Shown here: piece by piece, positions 47,153-55,984 of the stretch
Layout of the letters: each line of letters opens with the position of its first letter
Position numbering within the stretch: position 1 is the stretch's first letter
Source: Anaerolineales bacterium
GTDB taxonomy: Bacteria; Chloroflexota; Anaerolineae; Anaerolineales; E44-bin32
Direction of reading: 5' to 3'
Length of the DNA: 64,000 bases
Assembly: GCA_034430425.1 (NCBI GenBank)
Contig: DAOUEK010000031.1
Location: 62,702-126,701 of the forward strand
The notes under the pieces: generated by a model
What the model saw: only the letters and a program-made list of their open reading frames with translations
Told to the model about the DNA's origin: nothing
Databases searched by the model: none
Translations under genes and position numbers: made by a program

Positions 47153-48400
47153 ATGGTGGGACCTCATGTGAAGGTATTTAATGTTGAGAAAATTCGGGAG
47201 CAGTTCCCTATTCTCTCACGGGAAGTCCGGCCGGGCACGGGGTTGGTGTATCTCGATTCGGCCGCGACTTCGCAGAAGCCGGAATCTGTGATCCAGGCTG
47301 TTGTCTCGTTTTACGAACAGCATAATTCGAATATCCATCGCGGCATCCACCGCCTGGCCGAAGAAGCAACTCAGGCTCACGAAAATGCCCGGCAGCGTAT
47401 TGCCGATTTTATCGGTGCAAAGTCGGCCCGCGAATTGATTTTTACCCGTAATGCAACCGAATCGATCAACCTGGTAGCGAATGCATGGGGGCGGGCAAAT
47501 TTGACCTCCGGCGACCTTGTGCTGCTCACGGAAATGGAGCATCACTCCAACATAGTGCCCTGGCAAATCCTGGCCCAGGAGATTGGTCTGCAGTTGGAAT
47601 TCGTTCCCGTGACCGATGAAGGGCGATTGGAGCTGGAAGCCTACAAATCGCTGTTGGATCAAGGTCCGCGTTTGGTCGGGTTTGTGCATGTATCTAATAT
47701 GTTGGGAACGATCAATCCTGTGGCGCAGATGACGGCCATGGCCCATGAGGCGGACGCCCTGGTCCTGATCGATGGTGCGCAATCCGTACCACATATGCAT
47801 GTGAATGTCTCTGAATTGGGAGCGGATTTCTACGCCTTCTCAGGCCATAAAATGTGTGGTCCTACGGGAATTGGCGTCCTTTATGGTCGTGAGGCGCTTT
47901 TGAACGAAATGCCGCCGTTTCTGGGCGGAGGGGACATGATCAAGCGAGTTCGTCTTGACGGCTTCACAGTAGCCGAGATCCCCTGGAAATTCGAAGCGGG
48001 TACGCCGGCAATCGCTCAAGCAATTGGCTTGGGTGCTGCCGTTGATTTTTTGAACGAAGTGGGGATCGATGCTGTTCACGCCCATGAGCATACGATAACA
48101 GGTTATGCGCTGGATCGCCTCAGTGAGGTTCCCGGTGTAACTGTCTATGGGCCGGAGCTGGCGGCGCGTGCCGGGGTGATATCCTTTACCATGACGGGAC
48201 TACACCCGCACGATGTGGCGCAGATTCTGGATGACGATGGAATTGCGGTGCGTGCCGGTCATCACTGCACCATGCCGATTCACGAGCGCTTCGATATCCC
48301 GGCTTCCGTGCGTGCTTCTTTTTATCTATACAATACGGTGGAAGAAGTCGATCTTCTGGTCGAGGGATTGCATAAAGTAATCAAAGTGTTTGATATCTAG
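47153..48400 (+). CDS. sufS: Cysteine desulfurase SufS (group II)
   Basis: FSGHKMCGPTGIG (PLP Lys), RAGHHCTMP (catalytic Cys), TESINLVA. Confidence 0.93.
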   Translation: MVGPHVKVFNVEKIREQFPILSREVRPGTGLVYLDSAATSQKPESVIQAVVSFYEQHNSNIHRGIHRLAEEATQAHENARQRIADFIGAKSARELIFTRNATESINLVANAWGRANLTSGDLVLLTEMEHHSNIVPWQILAQEIGLQLEFVPVTDEGRLELEAYKSLLDQGPRLVGFVHVSNMLGTINPVAQMTAMAHEADALVLIDGAQSVPHMHVNVSELGADFYAFSGHKMCGPTGIGVLYGREALLNEMPPFLGGGDMIKRVRLDGFTVAEIPWKFEAGTPAIAQAIGLGAAVDFLNEVGIDAVHAHEHTITGYALDRLSEVPGVTVYGPELAARAGVISFTMTGLHPHDVAQILDDDGIAVRAGHHCTMPIHERFDIPASVRASFYLYNTVEEVDLLVEGLHKVIKVFDI

Positions 48401-48482
48401 TACGGCTAACCACAAAACGGCATTCGATAGCGCTGTGAAGCTTGCGCAGCGCAGGAATAACCCTGAAGGTATATCTGAAAAT

Positions 48483-48881
48483 ATGGAAGATCTTTATCGA
48501 GAACAAATCATCGATCGTTATAAGAACCCTCGCATGCAGGGATCACTCGATCCGCATGACTACTCCTACGAGGATGACAATCCTCTGTGTGGCGACCGGA
48601 TCCGGATCGATCTTCGTGTAGACGAGGATGGTCGAGTGACAGAGGCAGCCTATTCTGGTGTGGGATGTGCCATTTCGATCGCTTCTGCCGATTTACTCGT
48701 TGAATCGATTGTCGGAAAAAAGCTTGATGAGATACGTGAGCTCAGCAAGCAAGATGTACTGGAATTGTTGGGGATCGATGTAGGACCTATCCGATTAAAA
48801 TGTGCGCTGCTTTCGTTGAAAGTGCTCAAAGCGGGGATCTACGGATTAGATACGCTCGAGGACGCACATAGGCTGGAGTAG
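48483..48881 (+). CDS. sufU: SufU/IscU-like sulfur-transfer protein
   Basis: MEDLYREQIIDRYKNPRMQG start matches the family N-terminus. NPLCGD, GVGCAIS, LKCALLS. Confidence 0.85.
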   Translation: MEDLYREQIIDRYKNPRMQGSLDPHDYSYEDDNPLCGDRIRIDLRVDEDGRVTEAAYSGVGCAISIASADLLVESIVGKKLDEIRELSKQDVLELLGIDVGPIRLKCALLSLKVLKAGIYGLDTLEDAHRLE

Positions 48882-49241
48882 ATGGCAATGTTCAATTATC
48901 GTGAACTTGCGGATGAGAAGCTTGAGTTTGTAGCCGTCGCAGATGTGGGAGATTTGGGTAACGGTGAGCGTTTATTTTTGGAAGTCGACGGTACACCGAT
49001 CGCCATCTTTGACATCGCCGGAAAACTATATGCCATTGATGACGTCTGCTCGCACGATCAAGGGCCGGTTGCGGAGGGTGATCTGGTTGACCATTCGATC
49101 GAATGTCCTCGTCACGGTGCCCGTTTTGATCTGGAAAGCGGAAAGGCGCTTTCCATGCCGGCTGTCGTGGATATAGCAGCTTATCCGGTGCGAATCGAAG
49201 GGCAGCAAATTATGGTAGGTTTCCCCGTGAAAGTACCCTGA
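48882..49241 (+). CDS. Rieske [2Fe-2S] ferredoxin-like protein
   Basis: CSHDQGPV...CPRHGARFDL (CxH...CxxH). The ATG abuts the sufU stop (TAGATG). Confidence 0.85.
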   Translation: MAMFNYRELADEKLEFVAVADVGDLGNGERLFLEVDGTPIAIFDIAGKLYAIDDVCSHDQGPVAEGDLVDHSIECPRHGARFDLESGKALSMPAVVDIAAYPVRIEGQQIMVGFPVKVP

Positions 49242-49297
49242 GCGCTAATCAACTGTGGCGAAGCATAAGTGATATGTAAGCCGATAAATATGACGAA

Positions 49298-49322
49298 ACG
49301 CCCCTGACAGTGGGGTGTTTTT
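49298..49322 (+). terminator. suf operon intrinsic terminator
   Basis: ACGCCCC-TGACAGT-GGGGTGT followed by TTTT. Confidence 0.65.
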
Positions 49323-49433
49323 GTATTATGATTACAAATTGTGTGAGATGCGCCGTGGCCGCGCAATCAGCGGACGCGGCGCGGATATTGTCACGTTGAT
49401 ACAAATACTCCACTCGGAGTTTGGAGGACTTAA

Positions 49434-52124
49434 ATGGCAAACAAATGGGTTTATCTGTTCGACGAGGTAGAGCAGGCTGAGAAGAAGGCCGGCTCTTGGG
49501 ATAGCGTGCGGGCGTTGCTCGGTGGCAAGGGTGCCAATCTGGGTGATATGACTCGCATCGGCGCTCCCGTACCTCCTGGTTTTACGGTGACCACCGAAGC
49601 CTGTAATGCCTATCTGGCTGCAGGGAATAATTTCCCCGAAGGCTTGTGGGACCAGGAACTTGAAGCGATGAAAGACGTGGAAAAGAAGACAGGGAAGGTA
49701 TTTGGTGACGTGAAAAATCCCCTGCTCGTCTCCAGCCGCTCAGGCGCCAAGTTCTCGATGCCCGGCATGATGGACACCGTTCTCAATATCGGTCTCAACG
49801 ATGAGACTGCGAAAGGCATGATCGAATTGACGGGCGACGCTCGATTCGTCTACGATTCCTATCGGCGATTGGTGCAGATGTTCGGCTCGGTCGTGATGGG
49901 TGTATCCGATGTGCCTTTCGAAGAGGTCATCACGGAGTACCGCGAGAAGCGCGGTGTGAAGATCGATGCTGAACTCTCTGCGGATGATTGGAAAGAGATC
50001 ACCGAGGAGTTCAAGAAGATCGTCAAGGCCAACACCGGCAAGGATTTCCCAACGGACCCATACGATCAACTGCGAATGGCGACCGAAGCCGTATTCTCTT
50101 CCTGGAACGGAAAACGCGCCGTGGATTATCGCAACGGCGCAGGTATCTCTCACGATCTTGGAACCGGTGTGAATATCCAGACCATGGTCTTCGGTAATAT
50201 GGGAGACGACTCGGGCACGGGTGTGGCGACGACACGCAACATCACCGTGGGTACAAAAGACATCGAAGGTGACTTCTTGATCAACGCCCAGGGTGAGGAC
50301 GTGGTTGCGGGTATCCGCCAAACGCTTGAAATTGAAGAATTAAATACAAAGATGCCCGATATTTACAAGCAATTTGCGGCCATCCTCGAGAACCTCGAAA
50401 ATCACTACCGTGAGGTTCAGGATGTCGAATTCACTATCGAGCGCGGCAAACTCTGGATGCTGCAAACCCGCGACAGCAAACGCACAGCGCAAGCAGCCGT
50501 TCGGATCGCCGTCGATCTAACGGATGAGGGTTTGATTTCGAAAGAAGAGGCAGTGAAGCGTGTCTCGCCGGATCAAGTCGATTTCTTCCTGCATCCGCAG
50601 TTCAACACGAAAACAAAAAAGAAAGCCATCGAGGCCGGCAGAAAAATTGCTGAGGGCTTGAATGTTTCCCCCGGCGCGGCCGTTGGACAGATTGCTTTTG
50701 ACGCCGACACCGCTGAAAAATGGGCCAAAGAGGACGGCCTCGACGTTATCATGGTGCGTCCGGAAACAAAGCCCGATGATGTGCATGGAATGTTGGCGGC
50801 GAAAGGCATCCTCACCAGTCGAGGCGGACGAACGAGTCATGCAGCCCTGGTTGCACGCCAATTTGGTAAACCAGCAGTTGTTGGTTGTTCAGTGCTGGTA
50901 TTGGACCTCTCGAAACGTCACATGACCGTCGATGGTCAGGTGATTAAAGAGGGGGATTGGGTGTCGATTGATGGTACGCTTGGCGAGGTTTTCCTCGGCA
51001 AGTTGGAGACTGTAGTGCCGGATATCAACGATCCTTACCTGATCAAACTGCTCTCCTGGGCGGATGAAATTCGTAAACTGGATGTCTATGCTAACTCAGA
51101 TTACCCCCGAGATGCACAGCGTGCTCGTGATTACGGTGCACAGGGCATCGGTCTGTGCCGCACGGAGCATATGTTCTTTGAAACCGAGCGTTTGCCATTC
51201 GTGCAGCAGATGATTTTAGCCAAGACTGATAAGGAACGCGATGAAGCGTTGGATAAATTGCTTCCGTTCCAGCGTTCAGATTTCGAAGGCTTGTTCCGCG
51301 TGATGGACGGCTTGCCGGTCATCATTCGCCTGATTGATCCGCCGCTCCACGAGTTCCTGCCCAGCCATGAAGAGTTACTTGTTGAAGTAACTACCTTGAA
51401 GGTGAAAGGCGGGAATGAAAAAGAACTGGCCGAGAAGCAGAAGATGCTCTCAGCCGTCGAGTCCATGCGTGAAGCCAATCCGATGCTGGGATTGCGCGGC
51501 GTACGTCTTGGCATCCACATGCCTGGCGTGACCAAGATGCAGGTTCGTGCGATCTTTGAGGCGGCTTGTCTGGTGAGCAAGGATGGCGTGGATGTTCATC
51601 CCGAGGTGATGATCCCGCTAACCAGTCACGTGAACGAGCTGAAGATCCAGCAAGCGACCTTGGAAGAAGTGGCCAAGGCTGTGATGGAAGAGCAGGGCAT
51701 CGAAGTGGATTACATGTTCGGTACGATGATTGAAATCCCGCGCGCTGCGCTGACGGCAAAACAGATTGCCGAGTATGCACAGTTCTTCTCCTTCGGCACG
51801 AACGATCTCACCCAAACAACCTTTGGCATCAGCCGAGACGACGCCGAATCCGGTTTCTTGATCGAGTATCTGGAAAAGGGCATCTTACCGTACAATCCCT
51901 TCCAGACGATCGACCGCGACGGCGTTGGGCGTTTGATGCAGATCGCCACCAACGAGGGACGTGAGACTCGTCCGGAATTGGAAGTGGGCATCTGCGGCGA
52001 ACATGGTGGAGATCCCGAATCGATTCGTCAATGCCATGAGTACGGATTGAACTATGTGAGTTGTTCGCCATTCCGTGTGCCGATTGCGCGCCTCGCTGCT
52101 GCACATGCGGCACTCGAATCCTGA
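49434..52124 (+). CDS. ppdK: Pyruvate, phosphate dikinase
   Basis: GGKGANLGDM, phospho-His motif TSRGGRTSHAALVARQFGKP, CGEHGGDP. 896 aa. Confidence 0.95.
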   Translation: MANKWVYLFDEVEQAEKKAGSWDSVRALLGGKGANLGDMTRIGAPVPPGFTVTTEACNAYLAAGNNFPEGLWDQELEAMKDVEKKTGKVFGDVKNPLLVSSRSGAKFSMPGMMDTVLNIGLNDETAKGMIELTGDARFVYDSYRRLVQMFGSVVMGVSDVPFEEVITEYREKRGVKIDAELSADDWKEITEEFKKIVKANTGKDFPTDPYDQLRMATEAVFSSWNGKRAVDYRNGAGISHDLGTGVNIQTMVFGNMGDDSGTGVATTRNITVGTKDIEGDFLINAQGEDVVAGIRQTLEIEELNTKMPDIYKQFAAILENLENHYREVQDVEFTIERGKLWMLQTRDSKRTAQAAVRIAVDLTDEGLISKEEAVKRVSPDQVDFFLHPQFNTKTKKKAIEAGRKIAEGLNVSPGAAVGQIAFDADTAEKWAKEDGLDVIMVRPETKPDDVHGMLAAKGILTSRGGRTSHAALVARQFGKPAVVGCSVLVLDLSKRHMTVDGQVIKEGDWVSIDGTLGEVFLGKLETVVPDINDPYLIKLLSWADEIRKLDVYANSDYPRDAQRARDYGAQGIGLCRTEHMFFETERLPFVQQMILAKTDKERDEALDKLLPFQRSDFEGLFRVMDGLPVIIRLIDPPLHEFLPSHEELLVEVTTLKVKGGNEKELAEKQKMLSAVESMREANPMLGLRGVRLGIHMPGVTKMQVRAIFEAACLVSKDGVDVHPEVMIPLTSHVNELKIQQATLEEVAKAVMEEQGIEVDYMFGTMIEIPRAALTAKQIAEYAQFFSFGTNDLTQTTFGISRDDAESGFLIEYLEKGILPYNPFQTIDRDGVGRLMQIATNEGRETRPELEVGICGEHGGDPESIRQCHEYGLNYVSCSPFRVPIARLAAAHAALES

Positions 52125-52153
52125 ACGAACAACACTCTGGTTTTCTAGCGATC

Positions 52154-52187
52154 GAGGTGCACCCAGCCGGGTGCACCTCTTTTTTTT
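52154..52187 (+). terminator. ppdK intrinsic terminator
   Basis: GAGGTGCACCC-AGCC-GGGTGCACCTC (11-bp perfect stem), then T8. Confidence 0.85.
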
Positions 52188-52205
52188 ATCTTCTCATTCT
52201 CAAAT

Positions 52206-52235
52206 TTGCATTGTCCGTCTGAAATGTAGTATGGT
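52206..52235 (+). promoter_or_regulatory. Possible promoter for the TPR-metalloprotease gene
   Basis: TTGCAT (52206-52211), 18-nt spacer, TATGGT (52230-52235). It would give a leader of about 165 nt. Confidence 0.3.
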
Positions 52236-52404
52236 CATCAGAGAGGCTACGGTAACTTCCCGGTAACCAAGGGGTGCTATATTCATGATTAGGATCGGGT
52301 TGAACCGTAGTTGCGAATGAGACGAATATGGGCTTTAAACTGAAGTACTCTCGTATCGGCTTTTCCAATCGATTCATTCACACGGATCTACGATGAGGTG
52401 ATCG

Positions 52405-55400
52405 ATGAAACGCTTATACTTACCCATTAAGTCAGTCATTAAAAACATGAGCATAGGTTTGACGTTGATCTCATTGATCGTCGGGTGTACGCTGCCTTTC
52501 ACGAGTGGCAAGCTACCTACACCGACGCCGATATCCGCTGCGGATTATCTTCAGCTTGGGGATGATGCGTTATTCGAGAGTAAATATGATTTGGCGGAAA
52601 ACCTCTATCAAGAGGTATTGGCAATCGAACCGGAAGATGCGAGTGCGTTGAGCCGCCTGGCGTATTTGAAAGCGGTTCAAATAGTATCTCGTACCGAATC
52701 GATGGCGATGATCGATGAGGTCGTTGAAAGCGCTCCTGATGTTGCAGAACCCTGGGCTTTCCATTCGCTTGTGTATTTGCGAAATTATCAAATTAACGGT
52801 GCTGTCACCTCCGCTGAAAAAGCGATCGAGATCGAACCACAGAATGCCTGGGCTCAAATCGCACGCTGCCAGGCGTCAAGAATTTTGCGTGATGCGGAAG
52901 CGGCGCAACAAGCAGCAGAAGAAGCTCTGAAGGTATCGCCCGAACATCCCGAAGCGTTAATTTGCCTTTCGTATGCCCTTGCAGACAACGGTCAGATCGA
53001 TGCAGCAATTGAAGCGGCCAAACAGGTGTTCGATCAAGCGCCATTTTACATCTTCTCCATTCTGGCTTTAGCTGATAGTCATATCATGGGCGCGGAGTTC
53101 ACGGAAGCTGAATCGATTCTCGATCAAGGGCTCATCGAGAATCCTGATGATTTGCACTTGATTCTAGCGAAGATCAACCTCTATCAACTGCAGAATCGAC
53201 TTATTCCAGCTGGTAATGAACTTGAAAAAGCCAGAGCTCTCGGCAGCGATTTACCAGAGGTTAAATATGCGCAAGGCAATCATCGTTTATATCTGGAATC
53301 TCCTTACACTGCGGTGGAATTATTCAATGAGCTTATCGAAAAGTATGAAAATTACTGGCCCGGACATTTGGGAAGGGGTTGGTCGAATTATGAGCTTTCG
53401 AATTGTGAGGAGGCCATTGAAGACTTCATGGAAGTGTTGAGGCGATATCCTCAATCCGGCTCGGCACATTTGGGTTTGGCGCTCAGCTTTACATGCCAAG
53501 GGGAATATGAGCGCGCAGAGGAGGGAATCTCCTCTGCGTTGGAATTGGAACCATTCGATCCTCAAATTCAGATGGAAATTGGATCGCACTATTTCAATAT
53601 CGACGATATCGAGGAAGGGAAGCTTGCGTTCGATGCCGCCCTTATCAGAGGCATGTTCGATCCTGTTTTATACACGACGATTGGGTATTCGCAATGGTAT
53701 GACTACGCTGGTCTTGGAACCATAAAGTCCGAATTTGAACAAGCACTTCGGATAGCCAAACATGATATCGAGGCCGGGAAAGGACTGGGTTTTTATTTCC
53801 TGGGTGTCGGTGATTTCAAGAAGGCGAGGGATATCTTTCAACAAGTTATAAAGGATTCGCCATACGACGAGGATGCATTGTATGGTTTAGGCCAGGCGTA
53901 TCTATATTTAGAGTCGTACCCAATGGCGATTCAGAATATGAATCAAGCTAGAAGTTACCACCTTACACACTGGATGCTCTTCGTCCAACTTGCACAAGCG
54001 TATCGACTTTATGGTGATGACGAAGAAGCTGCACGGATCCTGGGGTATGCCCTGGAGGATGAGAACCTTCCAGAATTTGTTGGATACCGTATTTATAATA
54101 CCGGTATGAGTCTATTGGAAGGAAATTATTGGATGTCCGAATCGGATGCCGAAGCGTACATTGTGAAAAGCGCAATGGCCACGCCTGACAGTCCACTCGA
54201 AATGAGTGTTGCAGAGATGTTCGATATCCCGACTTTCGATGCCTCGGCACAGTTCGAAACGCAGGACACCGGAAAGCGAATGAAGATTAGCGTGCGGATT
54301 AAAGAGGCTGGATCTGATGATGACAGCCTGCTAATCACCATCGAGTACTTTCTGCTTCTAGGTTCCTTTACAGCGGCGCGGGTTAGTGAACCACTTCAGG
54401 ATGGCTTGGTACTTGAAATCTTTGAACAAGATGGCACGAAGATAATCGAGGTTTATCTGTCATACAGGGCAATCCTCGACTGTTCGGATGGCGTCGTTCT
54501 TATGCCTTCTGACATCTTGGAATCTGCGTTGATTGTTGATTTACGACCAACCAATGAGTTTTCCGATCGGCTCGAAGCGATGGAGACGATCGCTGAAAAC
54601 GTAGAGACATTACGTGGCATCCGATCAAGTCAAGAGATCACTTTTGATATTATTAGCCAAGATGAACTCGCCGATAAACTCAACGAAAGTGTCTCTTTCC
54701 AATCTCTTGAACACATCCAAGCTTCTCACGATTTGTTGGTTTTACTAGGCCTATTGGAGAGAGGAGATAACCTGGAAGAGAAAATCTTGGAAGCTCGCCT
54801 GAGATCGATTTCCGGTTTCTATGTACCAGAGGAAAGGAAATTTTATCTTGTCAGTGATGAAGAAGGCGAATTGGGTGTGAGCGAAATCATCACACTTTGC
54901 CACGAATACGTACATGCATTACAAGATCAGTCCTATGGTCTGCGTGAAATGGAGCAGAAAACATCCAACGAGGATGAGCAGCTGGCCTTGCGAGCTGTTG
55001 TAGAAGGGGAAGCCCAGGTCGTCTCGCACGCCTACTTTGATCGCTATCTAACCCCATTGCAGCAGCAGTCTTTTTGGAGCGGTTTGAATGACGATAATCA
55101 CCAGGATGGTATCGTATTTATTGGAGATGTTTTTACGTATATAGAAGGCGAGAATTTTATCGACGCAGTTGCACCAGGTGGCTATTGGCCTTCCATCGAA
55201 GCTGTTTTTATCGATCCCCCAACCTCTTCTGAGCAAGTCTTGCACCCGGAAAAGTTCCTTGAGGGAAGTGATCCGCCGCTCGAGGTAGACATCCCGGATT
55301 TTTCAGAATTATTGGGTCCTTCGTGGAACGAGATCGCGGGGAACGTGATGGGAGAGTTCCATATCCGTGCCTATTTGGCCGGTCATATTTCACCCTCTGC

Positions 55401-55731
55401 GGCCGAGTTGGCAGCCGCAGGATGGGGTGGCGATCGTTACGTTCTGTTCGAGAATGAAGAAGATGGACGTGATATTTTGGTATGGAAGGTTGAGTGGGAC
55501 ACAGTTGAAGATGCACGTCAATTTGTACTTGCACATCGGTTGAATTTCGAATTCGACGATCGTTTCGAAGAAATCGAGCGAGATCTCCATGCTTTCAATC
55601 GAACCCTTCAGTGGCAAGGTGAGACTCGATCTGTATTTATCCGCCAGATGCGAGCGGTAACGTGGATTGTGGTTGCGCAAGACACTGTGGATTTGGATCT
55701 CATCACGGCGCAACTGGATGAAATGGAGTGA
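52405..55731 (+). CDS. Lipoprotein with N-terminal TPR array (~550 aa) and C-terminal HExxH (gluzincin-like) putative metalloprotease region
   Basis: Lipobox LIVGC. Repeated TPR-like helices (AxxxYxxALxxxP patterns). HEYVH at 54901-54915, followed about 25 aa later by VVEGEAQVV. AAGWGGDRY near the C-terminus. Confidence 0.7.
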   Translation: MKRLYLPIKSVIKNMSIGLTLISLIVGCTLPFTSGKLPTPTPISAADYLQLGDDALFESKYDLAENLYQEVLAIEPEDASALSRLAYLKAVQIVSRTESMAMIDEVVESAPDVAEPWAFHSLVYLRNYQINGAVTSAEKAIEIEPQNAWAQIARCQASRILRDAEAAQQAAEEALKVSPEHPEALICLSYALADNGQIDAAIEAAKQVFDQAPFYIFSILALADSHIMGAEFTEAESILDQGLIENPDDLHLILAKINLYQLQNRLIPAGNELEKARALGSDLPEVKYAQGNHRLYLESPYTAVELFNELIEKYENYWPGHLGRGWSNYELSNCEEAIEDFMEVLRRYPQSGSAHLGLALSFTCQGEYERAEEGISSALELEPFDPQIQMEIGSHYFNIDDIEEGKLAFDAALIRGMFDPVLYTTIGYSQWYDYAGLGTIKSEFEQALRIAKHDIEAGKGLGFYFLGVGDFKKARDIFQQVIKDSPYDEDALYGLGQAYLYLESYPMAIQNMNQARSYHLTHWMLFVQLAQAYRLYGDDEEAARILGYALEDENLPEFVGYRIYNTGMSLLEGNYWMSESDAEAYIVKSAMATPDSPLEMSVAEMFDIPTFDASAQFETQDTGKRMKISVRIKEAGSDDDSLLITIEYFLLLGSFTAARVSEPLQDGLVLEIFEQDGTKIIEVYLSYRAILDCSDGVVLMPSDILESALIVDLRPTNEFSDRLEAMETIAENVETLRGIRSSQEITFDIISQDELADKLNESVSFQSLEHIQASHDLLVLLGLLERGDNLEEKILEARLRSISGFYVPEERKFYLVSDEEGELGVSEIITLCHEYVHALQDQSYGLREMEQKTSNEDEQLALRAVVEGEAQVVSHAYFDRYLTPLQQQSFWSGLNDDNHQDGIVFIGDVFTYIEGENFIDAVAPGGYWPSIEAVFIDPPTSSEQVLHPEKFLEGSDPPLEVDIPDFSELLGPSWNEIAGNVMGEFHIRAYLAGHISPSAAELAAAGWGGDRYVLFENEEDGRDILVWKVEWDTVEDARQFVLAHRLNFEFDDRFEEIERDLHAFNRTLQWQGETRSVFIRQMRAVTWIVVAQDTVDLDLITAQLDEME

Positions 55732-55984
55732 GTTCCCTTTCTCGGGTTTTCCAAATAGTAGGGTGATTGCGCTCACGGCATATTATCTGCTGATGTGTAT
55801 ATTCTCGTAAGCGGTGTCTCTTCATACGTTTCCGTATTGAAACTCATTTGAACGCTGTAGGATAAACGTGCTTCCGTGTGATTGATTTGCGATATTCCGC
55901 ATAGGCGATGCGCGAGGATTCGAGTACAATAACTCGTTGGCCGACTATCGTTAGCAGGAATTCGATGACTGCGCAGGAGTACAT

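Noticed and set aside
47216-47800. 194-aa minus-strand ORF inside sufS
   Set aside because: Antisense shadow ORF.
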